A stretch of 64,000 nucleotides of DNA from an uncultured bacterium (GTDB lineage: Bacteria > Patescibacteriota > Minisyncoccia > Phycocordibacterales > Phycocordibacteraceae). The notes under the pieces are model-generated. The model searched no databases. It was given only the letters and a program-made list of their open reading frames with translations, and was not told where the DNA came from. Position numbers and translations under genes: made by a program. The stretch is from NCBI GenBank assembly GCA_937879955.1, contig CALFMK010000001.1, positions 5,461-69,460 of the forward strand, written 5' to 3'. Numbering within the stretch: position 1 is the stretch's first letter; each line of letters starts with the position of its first letter. Of the stretch, positions 1 through 8,523 are shown piece by piece.

Positions 1-377
1 TTCTTCTGGAACTGCAGGCTGTTGCGGGCCGGCCACAGCGCGAAGCGGGCGATGAGGAAGCCGAAGAGGACGTTGAGGAGCACGAGGCCGAGGAACGAGT
101 ACAGGTACGCCTCGTCCTTCACGGCGTCGATGGTGTCCGGCAGGCTGCTCGTGGTGGTCGCGTTCTCTGCGAGCGCCTGGGCTATCTGCGTCGTGATGGT
201 CTCCACGGTGCGCTCCTGGGCGTAGTGCACGCCCCACACGAACACCACGATCGAGATCAGGGCGAGCACGATCTGCAGCCCGACGACATGGATCGCCGTC
301 TTCACGAACAGGTTGTACCGGTACTTATCGATTAAGTCGGTAACCCACGCCGCGGACGGTTTCGAAGAGAGGGGCAT
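1..377 (-). CDS. sensor histidine kinase, N-terminal fragment (continues beyond window start)
   Basis: Minus-strand frame is open from the ATG at 377-375 to position 1. It is absent from the ORF track because no stop lies in the window. Translation MPLSSKPSAAWVTDLIDKYRYNLFVKTAIHVVGLQIVLALISIVVFVWG...LYSFLGLVLLNVLFGFLIARFALWPARNSL shows two hydrophobic helices flanking a short loop, as in OmpR-partner kinases. It lies directly downstream of the response regulator and overlaps its 3' end. Start codon uncertain. Confidence 0.5.
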   Translation of the reverse strand, partial: MPLSSKPSAAWVTDLIDKYRYNLFVKTAIHVVGLQIVLALISIVVFVWGVHYAQERTVETITTQIAQALAENATTTSSLPDTIDAVKDEAYLYSFLGLVLLNVLFGFLIARFALWPARNSLQFQK

Positions 378-999
378 CTGCATAGGTATCGAGCTTCTTG
401 CGAAGATTCTTCATGTGTACATCAAGCACGTTCGAGAAGCCAGGGAAGTCGAAGCTCCAGACATGGTCGAGGATGCTCTCGCGCGTGAGGGCCTCGTCCG
501 GGTGGCGCATGAAGTACTCGAGGAGCGAGTACTCCTTGAGCGTGAGGGAGAGCGGCTTGCCGCCCTTGGTCACGGTCCGCGCCCCGGAGTCGAGCTCGAT
601 GTCGCGGACGGAGAGCTTCGACGGGAGGCTCTGCTCAGGACGGCGGAGCACCGCGTTGATGCGGGCCACGAGCTCCTCGAACGAGAACGGCTTCGCGAGG
701 TAGTCGTCGGCGCCGGTGTTGAGGAGCTCCACCTTGTACTCGGTCTCGTCGCGGGCCGTGAGGATGATGATCGGGGTCTTCACGCCCTCCTTCCGAGCCT
801 CGCGCGTGATGGTGGCGCCGTCGACGCCCGGGAGCATGAGGTCGAGCAGGATGAGGTCGTACTCGTCCCGGTAGAGGAGGATGCGGGTCTTCGCCTTCTC
901 GCTCTCCGCGATCCAGTCCACGGCGAAGCCCTTCGACTCGAGGCCGCGCTTCAGGCCCTCGGCGAGCTTCGCTTCGTCTTCAACGATGAGTATGCGCAT
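325..999 (-). CDS. OmpR/PhoB-family response regulator
   Basis: Receiver motifs MRILIVEDE, LILLDLMLPGVDG, ILTARD and AKPF, followed by a winged-helix output domain (LTLKEYSLLEYFMRHPDEALTRESILDHVW...VDVHMKNLRKKL...TVRGVGYRL). Confidence 0.92.
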   Translation of the reverse strand: MRILIVEDEAKLAEGLKRGLESKGFAVDWIAESEKAKTRILLYRDEYDLILLDLMLPGVDGATITREARKEGVKTPIIILTARDETEYKVELLNTGADDYLAKPFSFEELVARINAVLRRPEQSLPSKLSVRDIELDSGARTVTKGGKPLSLTLKEYSLLEYFMRHPDEALTRESILDHVWSFDFPGFSNVLDVHMKNLRKKLDTYADAPLFETVRGVGYRLNR

Positions 1000-1050
1000 G
1001 GGTAGAGGATTTATGGCTAATCGCGTATGGGAAGACTCTATCTATTAGAG

Positions 1051-1070
1051 CATGAAGCCTTCATGAAGGA
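1051..1070. promoter_or_regulatory. direct-repeat box CATGAAGCCTTCATGAAGGA (two CATGAAG half-sites 11 bp apart) upstream of the response-regulator gene
   Basis: Lies 52-71 nt upstream of the RR start codon. A 17/20 match in the same orientation occurs at 14977-14996 at the 5' end of the hybrid kinase gene. An 11-bp repeat phase is typical of OmpR-family sites. Confidence 0.4.
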
Positions 1071-1080
1071 TGGTTCAGAA

Positions 1081-1108
1081 AGGAAAAAGACCCGCAGGAG
1101 CGCGGGTC
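1081..1108 (-). terminator. intrinsic terminator (minus strand)
   Basis: Minus strand reads GACCCGCG-CUCCU-GCGGGUC followed by UUUUUCCU. It ends a minus-strand transcript coming from the ORF-free region at 1.1-1.6 kb. Confidence 0.6.
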
Positions 1109-1599
1109 CTCTGAAGGATCAGGAGACGCAGGACGGGATCGCTGGGCGCGACCCCGTCCTGCCGATATTCCTGCGCGGAACGATGCGCACAGGAATCTAT
1201 CGAGGGTGCGAGCCACCTGCCAGAGGCAGACAGCGGTGCCGCTTCCGCTCGGGTGAGGGCACCATACCACATAAAGAAATCCGCCTCACTGATGAGGCGG
1301 ACTGGACAAGGAAAGAGCGGGGAAGCCGGGCGCAGAACGGAAGCTGCTCGCTAGAGGGAGGAACGAGCTTTCTCCATTCTGCGCCGGGCCCGCGCTTGTC
1401 GTCGCTGGCGGGGCTCATTTCGCCGGCGACTGGCGCGTCGTGCCGGAAGATACGAGGGGTACTCCCGGCACGTGCATCCTCCCATAGGCAGGGCGAGCGT
1501 CAAGCGATGCGGGAAGTCGTATCCATTCGCGCACCGCACCACGATTCCCGGGTCCGTCTATGGGTCAAAAAACGGCCTCACGAAAGGCTTTTTCGAAGT

Positions 1600-1780
1600 T
1601 GTGTCTTGCCTCTGTCCGGGAACGTTTCGTGCTGGTTTATGCACAAGGAAGATTGGGTGAAGAGCCCGTATCATACGTAGGTCAACGCAGCCGAATGCAG
1701 TCGGAAGGATGCGGCGGGACGCGCTACGGCGCCCCCGAACGCGGTCCGAAGTGGAGCGAAAACCCTGCCAGCGTCCGAAG
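1600..1780 (+). promoter_or_regulatory. candidate cobalamin (B12) riboswitch in the nrdA leader
   Basis: AAGGAAGAUUGGGUGAAGAGCCCG (1645-) resembles the conserved GGGAAnnnGGUGnnAAnCCnG core. CAGUCGGAAGG resembles the GGGAAGG element. AGCGAAAACCCUGCC (1755-1769) resembles the B12 box AGCCnGGAGACCUGCC. It sits directly upstream of nrdA. Matching was done by eye against the remembered consensus only. Confidence 0.45.
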
Positions 1781-1830
1781 CCAAGGCTGACTTATAAATG
1801 TGCCGTGTAACCTACGGGATTACCTACCAT

Positions 1831-4719
1831 ATGAAGCAGGTCAAGAAGCGGAACGGGAGCATCGTCGACTTCGAGGCGACGAAGATTACTGACGCATTGC
1901 GAAAATCCTTCGCGTATTGCGAGGTCGCGATAGACGAGGCGGGGCTCGAGACGCTCACCAAGGGCGTCCTTGAGGACCTCTCGGCGAAGTTCGGCGACGA
2001 GGCGACTCCCTCCGTGGAGCATGTACAGGACCTGGTAGAGCTCGCGCTCATGGAGGCGGGCTACCTCACCGTGGCGAAGCACTACATCGTGTACCGCTAC
2101 GAGCATGCGAAGGTCCGCGAGGAGAAGAAGCAGGAGACCCTCGAGAAGATCGAGGAGGAGGGTCTCCTCATCACCACCGCGTCCGGGAAGCAGGAGCGCT
2201 TCAACGAGACCAAGCTCCGCCAGACCCTCGAGCATCTCGCGAAGGAGGACCAGATGGCGGGCATCGACATCGACCACATCCTCTCCCAGCTCAAGTACGA
2301 GCTCTATGAGGGTATGACCACGGCCGAGGTGGGGAAGGCGCTCATCATGGTGGTCCGCTCGATGATCGAGCGCGACCCGGCGTACTCGCGCCTGGCCGCC
2401 CGTCTCCTCCTGAACCGTCTCTACGCCGAGGTCTTCGGCACGGAGTTCGACAGCAAGAACCCGTACGATTCCGTCGAGCGCGTGTTCGAGGCGAACATGA
2501 AGCGGCTTGTGGCGAACGGCGACCTCGACGAGCGCATGGCCGAGTTCGACCTGAAGAAGCTCGCGCGCGCGATGAAGCTCGAGAACGACCAGCTCTTCGA
2601 GTACATGGGCCTCGAGATCATGATCAGCCGCTACTGCATGGAGGACCCGAAGGCCAAGCGCACCCTCGAGATCCCGCAGATGCTCTGGATGCGCGTGGCC
2701 ATGGGCCTCGCCATCGCCGAGAAGCCGGAGGACCGCGAGCGCGTGGCGCTCGAGTTCTACGACGCGCTCTCGAACTTCTACTACACCCCGGGCGGCCGCA
2801 CCCTCTTCCAGGCAGGCGCGAAGAAGGCGCAGCTTTCCAACTGCTTCCTCAACACCGTGCCTGATTCCCTCGAGGGCATCTTCAAGTCCATCTCGGACAA
2901 CGCCCAGTACCTGAAGTGGTCGGGAGGCACCGGCACCGACTGGACCCCGGTCCGCGCGACGGGTTCCTTCATCAAGGGTACCGGCGTGCCTTCCCAGGGC
3001 ATCGTGCCGTTCCTCAAGATCGCGAACGACGTGAACCTCGCCATCAACCGCTCCGGCAAGCGCCGCGGCGCCGGCTGCGTGTACCTCGAGACCTGGCACC
3101 ACGACATCGAGGACTTCCTCGAGCTCCGCAAGAACACCGGAGACGAGCGCCGCCGCACGCACGACATCAACACCGCGAACTGGATCCCGGACCTGTTCAT
3201 GAAGCGGGTGCGCGACAACGGCATGTGGACCCTCTTCAGCCCGAGCGAGGTGCCTGACCTCCACGACCTCTACGGCGCAGCCTTCGAGAAGCGCTACATG
3301 GAGTACGAGGCTATGGCGGACGCGGGCGGCATGGAGCTCTGGAAGCGCATCCCGGCGACCGACCTCTGGAAGAAGATGATCGGCATGCTCTTCGAGACGG
3401 GTCATCCATGGATCACCTGGAAGGACCCGATCAACGTCCGCTCCCCGCAGGATCACGCGGGCGTCGTGCACAACTCGAACCTCTGCACCGAGATCACCCT
3501 CAATACGAACGAGGACGAGACCGCCGTCTGTACGATCGGCTCCCTCAACTTCGCGAAGTTCGTCGTTACCGGCGAGGACGGCGTGGCTCGCTTCGACCAC
3601 GAGCTCGTGGCGCGCTACACGCGCATCGCGATCCGCATGCTCGACAACGTCATCGACCTCAACTTCTATCCGACGGAGGACGCACGTCGCGGCAACACCC
3701 GCCACCGTCCGGTGGGCCTCGGCGTCCGCGGCTACCATGACGCGCTCTACGGCCTGAACATCCAGTTCGACTCGCCTGAGGCGCTCAACTTCGCCGACGA
3801 GAGCATGGAGGTCGTCGCGTACTACGCGATCCTCGGCTCGTCCGAGCTCGCGAAGGAGCGCGGCACCTACTCGACCTACAAGGGATCGAAGTGGGACCGG
3901 GACATCTTCCCGCAGGACACCCTCGACCTCCTCGAGAAGGAGCGCGGCGAGTCCGTGAAGCTGAAGCGCGGCGGCAAGCTCGACTGGACCCCGGTCCGCG
4001 AGCACGTGAAGAAGTACGGCATGCGCAACAGCAACACCATGGCGATCGCGCCGACCGCGTCGACCGCGAACCTCGTCGGCTGCATCCCGTGCGTCGAGCC
4101 GATCTACAAGAACATCTACGTGAAGTCGAACAAGGAAGGGGAGTTCGTCGTCGTGAACAAGTACCTCGTCGAGGACCTCAAGAAGGCGAACCTCTGGAGC
4201 GCCGGCATGCTCAACCGCATCAAGTACGCGGACGGCAGCATCCAGGGCATCATCGAGATTCCGCGCGCGCTCCGCGAGAAGTACAAGGAGGTCTTCGAGA
4301 TCGACGGCAAGTGGCTCGTCGAGGCGGCGGCTCGTCGCGGCAAGTGGATCGACCAGTCCCAATCCCTGAACATCTTCTATAACGGAACCTCCGGAAAGGA
4401 CCTCTCCGACATCTACTTCCTCGCGTGGGAGATGGGCCTCAAGACGACCTATTACCTCCGCACCCTCGGCGCGTCCCAGGTTGAGAAGGCGACCGTCTCG
4501 ACCGTTGAGTACGGCTCGACCCACATCCGCGGAGGATCGACCCTCGCTGAGGTCGCTGCTGCGACCGTCGTAGAGGAGGTGGCCGTCGCGGCCCCGGTTA
4601 TCGAGGAGGTGCCCGCGCTCAGCGTCCCGAGCGGATTCTCGGCTGCGGAATGGCAGGCCAAGATGGCTCGCGTCGCCGCAGGCGAGGAGGCGGGCGTGTG
4701 CGAATCGTGCGAAAGCTAA
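1831..4719 (+). CDS. nrdA: ribonucleotide-diphosphate reductase large subunit, class Ia
   Basis: N-terminal ATP-cone (KRNGSIVDFEATKITDAL), a class I catalytic core (NLCTEI region) and a C-terminal Cys pair (CESCES). Followed by nrdB. Start moved from track position 1798 to the ATG at 1831, where the ATP-cone begins. Confidence 0.93.
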   Translation: MKQVKKRNGSIVDFEATKITDALRKSFAYCEVAIDEAGLETLTKGVLEDLSAKFGDEATPSVEHVQDLVELALMEAGYLTVAKHYIVYRYEHAKVREEKKQETLEKIEEEGLLITTASGKQERFNETKLRQTLEHLAKEDQMAGIDIDHILSQLKYELYEGMTTAEVGKALIMVVRSMIERDPAYSRLAARLLLNRLYAEVFGTEFDSKNPYDSVERVFEANMKRLVANGDLDERMAEFDLKKLARAMKLENDQLFEYMGLEIMISRYCMEDPKAKRTLEIPQMLWMRVAMGLAIAEKPEDRERVALEFYDALSNFYYTPGGRTLFQAGAKKAQLSNCFLNTVPDSLEGIFKSISDNAQYLKWSGGTGTDWTPVRATGSFIKGTGVPSQGIVPFLKIANDVNLAINRSGKRRGAGCVYLETWHHDIEDFLELRKNTGDERRRTHDINTANWIPDLFMKRVRDNGMWTLFSPSEVPDLHDLYGAAFEKRYMEYEAMADAGGMELWKRIPATDLWKKMIGMLFETGHPWITWKDPINVRSPQDHAGVVHNSNLCTEITLNTNEDETAVCTIGSLNFAKFVVTGEDGVARFDHELVARYTRIAIRMLDNVIDLNFYPTEDARRGNTRHRPVGLGVRGYHDALYGLNIQFDSPEALNFADESMEVVAYYAILGSSELAKERGTYSTYKGSKWDRDIFPQDTLDLLEKERGESVKLKRGGKLDWTPVREHVKKYGMRNSNTMAIAPTASTANLVGCIPCVEPIYKNIYVKSNKEGEFVVVNKYLVEDLKKANLWSAGMLNRIKYADGSIQGIIEIPRALREKYKEVFEIDGKWLVEAAARRGKWIDQSQSLNIFYNGTSGKDLSDIYFLAWEMGLKTTYYLRTLGASQVEKATVSTVEYGSTHIRGGSTLAEVAAATVVEEVAVAAPVIEEVPALSVPSGFSAAEWQAKMARVAAGEEAGVCESCES

Positions 4720-4767
4720 TAGCTGGCACAAAGGCTGACTTACAAGAAGCGTTAACACTCGCGAACT

Positions 4768-5802
4768 ATGCCCATCAACAAAGGTGCTGCTCCCGTGAAC
4801 ATTAACAACCGCAGGATCATCAACGGCGGAGACGCCGACGTGATGCAGCTCTACCCGATGAAGCACACGTTCGCGTGGGACGCGTACATGGCGGGTAACA
4901 GCAACCACTGGCTTCCGACGGAGATCAGCATGCAGCGCGACATCGAGCAGTGGAAGTCGACGACCGTGCTCTCGGACGACGAGCGCAGGGCGTTCGAGAC
5001 CGTGCTCGGATTCTTCACCACGGCCGATTCGATCGCCGCGAACAACATCGTGCTCGCCATCTACAAGCACATCACGAGCCCGGAGTGCCGCATGTACCTC
5101 CTGCGCCAGGGATACGAGGAGGCGATCCATACGCACGCGTACCAGTACATCGTGGAGTCGCTCGGCATGGACGAGTCGAAAATCTTCAACATGTACCGCG
5201 AGGTGGAGGCGATCTACAACAAGGACAACATGGTGCTGCGCCTCAACGAGGGCATCTTCTCGCCGGACTTCAAGACCGGCACGCTCGAGAACGACCAGCT
5301 CTTCGTGGAGAACCTCTGCGTCTTCTCGCTCATCATGGAAGGCATCTTCTTCTACAGCTCGTTCGCCGTCATGTTCGGCTTCCAGCGCCAGAACAAGCTC
5401 ACGGGCGCCGCGGAGCAGATCCAGTACATCATGCGCGACGAGTCCCAGCACCTTAACTTCGGCGTGAACCTGATTAACACGATCAAGGAGGAGCAGCCTG
5501 AGGTGTGGACCCCTGAGTTCCAGGAGCGCATCATCGGCATGGTGAAGCGCGCGGTGCAGCTCGAGTACGAGTTCGCTACCACGGTCTTCCCGAAGGGCAT
5601 CTTCGGCATGAACGCAGCAGGCTTCAAGCAGTACATCGAGCATATCGCCGACCGCCGTCTCGCGTCGGTAGGCCTTCCGGCGCAGTACAACGTCGAGAAC
5701 CCGTTCCCGTGGATGGGCGAGGCGGTGGACCTGAACAAGGAGAAGAATTTCTTCGAGACCCGCGTGACCGAGTACAAGACGGGCGGGCAGTTGAGCTGGT
5801 AA
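4768..5802 (+). CDS. nrdB: ribonucleotide-diphosphate reductase small subunit, class Ia
   Basis: Di-iron and radical-site motifs FFTTADSI (Asp ligand), EEAIHTHAYQY (ExxH plus Tyr at +7) and MRDESQHLNF. Confidence 0.93.
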   Translation: MPINKGAAPVNINNRRIINGGDADVMQLYPMKHTFAWDAYMAGNSNHWLPTEISMQRDIEQWKSTTVLSDDERRAFETVLGFFTTADSIAANNIVLAIYKHITSPECRMYLLRQGYEEAIHTHAYQYIVESLGMDESKIFNMYREVEAIYNKDNMVLRLNEGIFSPDFKTGTLENDQLFVENLCVFSLIMEGIFFYSSFAVMFGFQRQNKLTGAAEQIQYIMRDESQHLNFGVNLINTIKEEQPEVWTPEFQERIIGMVKRAVQLEYEFATTVFPKGIFGMNAAGFKQYIEHIADRRLASVGLPAQYNVENPFPWMGEAVDLNKEKNFFETRVTEYKTGGQLSW

Positions 5803-5824
5803 TCCTTCTTCCCGTGTTCAAAAA

Positions 5825-5851
5825 AGCGCTCCTTTACGGGAGTGCTTTGTT
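5825..5851 (+). terminator. intrinsic terminator after nrdB
   Basis: AGCGCTCC-TTTAC-GGGAGTGCT hairpin followed by TTGTT. Confidence 0.55.
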
Positions 5852-5863
5852 ATACTAATTCCG

Positions 5864-8257
5864 ATGAAACACGTGGGAAGGCTTCTGGTACTGCTTTTTG
5901 GTGCTTTTATCTTTCCGGGGATGGTCTCTGCAGCCACCTACTACGTTGATGCGACTCTCGGTAATAATTCGAATAACGGCACTGCCGCTAGTACCTCGTG
6001 GCAGACGCTCGCCAAAGTAAACGGCACTACATTCTTGGCTGGCGATAATATCCTCTTTAAGAAGGGAGAGACGTTTACTGGTGTGCTCGTAGCAGGCCAG
6101 AGTGGCACTAATGGGAATCCAATCACGTACGGCTCATATGGGGAGGGTGCGCGCCCAATTATTAATGCCGCTGGAAATAATCATGGATTCGACATCCGGA
6201 CAGGTAAGTCTTATATCAATGTAGCTGGCCTCGAAGTTCGAAACGCGACCTTGAACCAGTTTCTTCTGTTCGCTAATAGTTCGAATATATCGCACGTGTC
6301 CATCCAGGACTCGATAGCTGTAGGGGGAACGAGCGGATTCAATTTACAGGGACCAGGAACGTTTCTAGACATAACAATAAGTAGCAGTACCGCAAGCGGG
6401 TACGCGGGAGGTTCTGCGGTTGGTGTTCGCCTTGGTTCAGGAACCACTTTTGATGGAATTACTCTCGATGGAGTATCGGCGGCTTCTGGAAGTGGGTATC
6501 AGGGCTTCAGTACTGGATCGGGAACCTATTCAAATATTTCGATACTGAACTCATCGTTCACTGGGCATCCATCAAACGGTATTGCGTTTCTGTCTGCAAC
6601 GACGACTAACGTGGTCATTAGGGATACTGTAGCGAGCTTGAATGGAGGAAGTGGGATTTATTTCTTTGGTGTGAAGAGTGGAGTTGAGATTGATAACGTA
6701 ACAGCAAACTCAAATACCCAAAACGGAATAGGATTTGAAGCTGGTGCCATGAATCACATATCAATCGAAGACTCCGAGTTCAACAATAATGGACTTAATG
6801 GAATCGCACTTCTCGGAAGCGGAACCGGAACGTCAACAATCGTTTCTCGGTCGATTGCGTCTGGTAATGATAATGACGGTTTTAATATCTCTGGAAACTG
6901 GCAGAATGTCGTATTCGAGGAAGCGATCGCAAGTGATAATGGTGTAGATGGTATTGGCTCGAACGGAGACGGCTTCAGCTTTCACAACTCGAGCACCGGT
7001 GTAATTAGGAATAGCCAGGCACATAATAATTGGAAGTCAGCCGTAACAAACGTGAATACATCGAGCACGACGGTATATAACAACCTCTTTTCGCATGACA
7101 CCAACGGAACGAATGCCCTCATCACATTCCTAGACAGCGGAAGCCATGCTGCTTACAACAATGTGCTCTATAGCCCTGCACAGGTGGGGTATGGATTGGT
7201 CGCGAATGGTACAACGACACTCATAGCGAGGAATAATATTATTCAAGGTTTTCAGTACGGCGTATCGAAGGGGACGAATGCCTTCTTGGTAGAAGATTAC
7301 AATGACGTTTATGGAGCCAGTACGGCCTCCTACATTGGGCTTACTGGAGGTGTACATTCTATCTCTGTGAATCCAAAGTTTGTCGACGCTGAGGATGATG
7401 ATTTCCGACTACTTCAGTCCTCTCTTGCTATAAATGCAGGTACTACGACGCCCTATGTAACCGATTACCTCGGAAATCCACGCGTCGGCATTCCGGATAT
7501 GGGTGCATATGAGTATCAGGGAATACCTGATATAACAGCACCTTCTATCTACATAATTGCACCAGTGGATCCGGCTACGATATCTGGAACTGTAATTATT
7601 ACCGCATCAGCGACGGATGCTATCGGCGTAGAAGAAGTCGAATTTTTTCTAGATGGAGTATCGCTCGGGGATGATGCATCTGATCCTTATTCATTTTCAT
7701 GGAACTCATCTGCAGTTCCCGATGGCGTATACTCACTTCTCGCAGTTGCACATGATGCTGAAGGGAATTATGCCACCTCCTCTCCTGTCTCCGTCACGGT
7801 CTCGAATGTAATTCAGGAAGCGAGCCATCGCTCTGGTAAGTCCGGTCAGAGTGTCGTACGCACTATCTCTCCGCTCGCAGATTCTGTATTAAATGAAGGA
7901 GAAGCAAAGATATCATCAATAAATCGGCTCATACTCGATAATCGCGCACTTTTTATGCTTGCGCAGGAAAAGGGAATAGTAGTTCCTGAATTCATACTCA
8001 ATATGCTCGATCTCCCTTCGGGCTCGACCATTTCGATATTCTTTAATCGTCCTCTTGCGCTTGGAGCAACTGGCCCAGATGTCACTGCACTCCAGCAGAT
8101 TCTTAAGGATAAGGGCTTCTATGTTTATCAGGAGATAACCGGCTACTACGGACAAGCCACACTACAAGCTGTTGCTGACTACCAGAAGTCACTTGGGCTC
8201 GAATCTCTCGGGTATGTAGGTCCAGCAACAAGGGAAGCCTTGAATGCTGGGATTTGA
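5864..8257 (+). CDS. secreted parallel beta-helix repeat protein with Ig-like module and C-terminal peptidoglycan-binding domain
   Basis: Signal peptide MKHVGRLLVLLFGAFIFPGMVSA. About 400 aa of G/N/S/T-rich repeats (..NGI.F..) typical of right-handed beta-helices. Ig-like segment VEEVEFFLDGVSLGDDASDPYSFSWNSSAVPDGVYSLLAVAHDAEGN. PG_binding_1-like tail GATGPDVTALQQILKDKGFY..GYYGQATLQAVADYQKSLGL. Lies in the low-GC island. Confidence 0.8.
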   Translation: MKHVGRLLVLLFGAFIFPGMVSAATYYVDATLGNNSNNGTAASTSWQTLAKVNGTTFLAGDNILFKKGETFTGVLVAGQSGTNGNPITYGSYGEGARPIINAAGNNHGFDIRTGKSYINVAGLEVRNATLNQFLLFANSSNISHVSIQDSIAVGGTSGFNLQGPGTFLDITISSSTASGYAGGSAVGVRLGSGTTFDGITLDGVSAASGSGYQGFSTGSGTYSNISILNSSFTGHPSNGIAFLSATTTNVVIRDTVASLNGGSGIYFFGVKSGVEIDNVTANSNTQNGIGFEAGAMNHISIEDSEFNNNGLNGIALLGSGTGTSTIVSRSIASGNDNDGFNISGNWQNVVFEEAIASDNGVDGIGSNGDGFSFHNSSTGVIRNSQAHNNWKSAVTNVNTSSTTVYNNLFSHDTNGTNALITFLDSGSHAAYNNVLYSPAQVGYGLVANGTTTLIARNNIIQGFQYGVSKGTNAFLVEDYNDVYGASTASYIGLTGGVHSISVNPKFVDAEDDDFRLLQSSLAINAGTTTPYVTDYLGNPRVGIPDMGAYEYQGIPDITAPSIYIIAPVDPATISGTVIITASATDAIGVEEVEFFLDGVSLGDDASDPYSFSWNSSAVPDGVYSLLAVAHDAEGNYATSSPVSVTVSNVIQEASHRSGKSGQSVVRTISPLADSVLNEGEAKISSINRLILDNRALFMLAQEKGIVVPEFILNMLDLPSGSTISIFFNRPLALGATGPDVTALQQILKDKGFYVYQEITGYYGQATLQAVADYQKSLGLESLGYVGPATREALNAGI

Positions 8258-8284
8258 ATTCTTCTAGAGGACGGCGATAATAAA

Positions 8285-8500
8285 CTATATATAACGTTTA
8301 ATTATCTCAACACTGCCCAAGGTCAGTATGTCTCTACCGACCACTCCGTTCTTACGGGTACTAATTACTTTAATAGCTTCTCGTTCGAGAAAGTACATTA
8401 CCGCAGTGTTCAGAATTAAATTCCTATCCCTCTCCTCTGTAACTAGTAAATCAATCGTTTCAAGGACATCCTCTGGAATATCAAGATTAATTTTAGACAC
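8285..8500 (-). CDS. ribbon-helix-helix (CopG-like) small DNA-binding protein
   Basis: KINLDIPEDVLETIDLLVTEERDRNLILNTAVMYFLERE follows the RHH strand-helix-helix pattern. GTG start, no obvious SD, 23 nt after the upstream ORF. Low GC. Confidence 0.55.
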   Translation of the reverse strand: MSKINLDIPEDVLETIDLLVTEERDRNLILNTAVMYFLEREAIKVISTRKNGVVGRDILTLGSVEIIKRYI

Positions 8501-8523
8501 TGTAAATTCTAAAAATTAAAGCT

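Noticed and set aside
1481-1497. CCCAUAGGCAGGGCGAG resembles the AUAGGGCAGGGUGCC segment of bacterial RNase P RNA, and the region has about the right size.
   Set aside because: The universal GAGGAAAGUCC and ACAGAAnnCGGCUUA elements are absent on both strands, and the order of the similar pieces is wrong. I also found no tmRNA 5'/3' tRNA-like ends or tag ORF.
1027-1680. 217-aa plus-strand ORF filling the long RR-nrdA intergenic region.
   Set aside because: The translation is Arg/Ser/Gly-rich with no motif, no SD or -10 context and no GC3 bias. The DNA instead folds into a chain of hairpins, so it is treated as non-coding.
1783-1800. NrdR operator upstream of nrdA.
   Set aside because: The shared 15-mer does not resemble the palindromic NrdR box as I remember it, no tandem 16-bp palindromes are present, and no nrdR gene is in the window.
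1792-5643. 1283-aa ORF antisense to nrdA/nrdB. The track has similar very long antisense or off-frame ORFs elsewhere: 12850-15048 (+), 26299-27987 (-), 37507-39420 (-), 47715-49223 (-), 53628-54959 (+), 60762-62078 (-), 41231-42661 (+).
   Set aside because: Each lies opposite or out of frame to a gene with clear conserved motifs. Translations are Arg/Leu/Glu/Asp-rich low-complexity strings typical of stop-poor frames in high-GC DNA.
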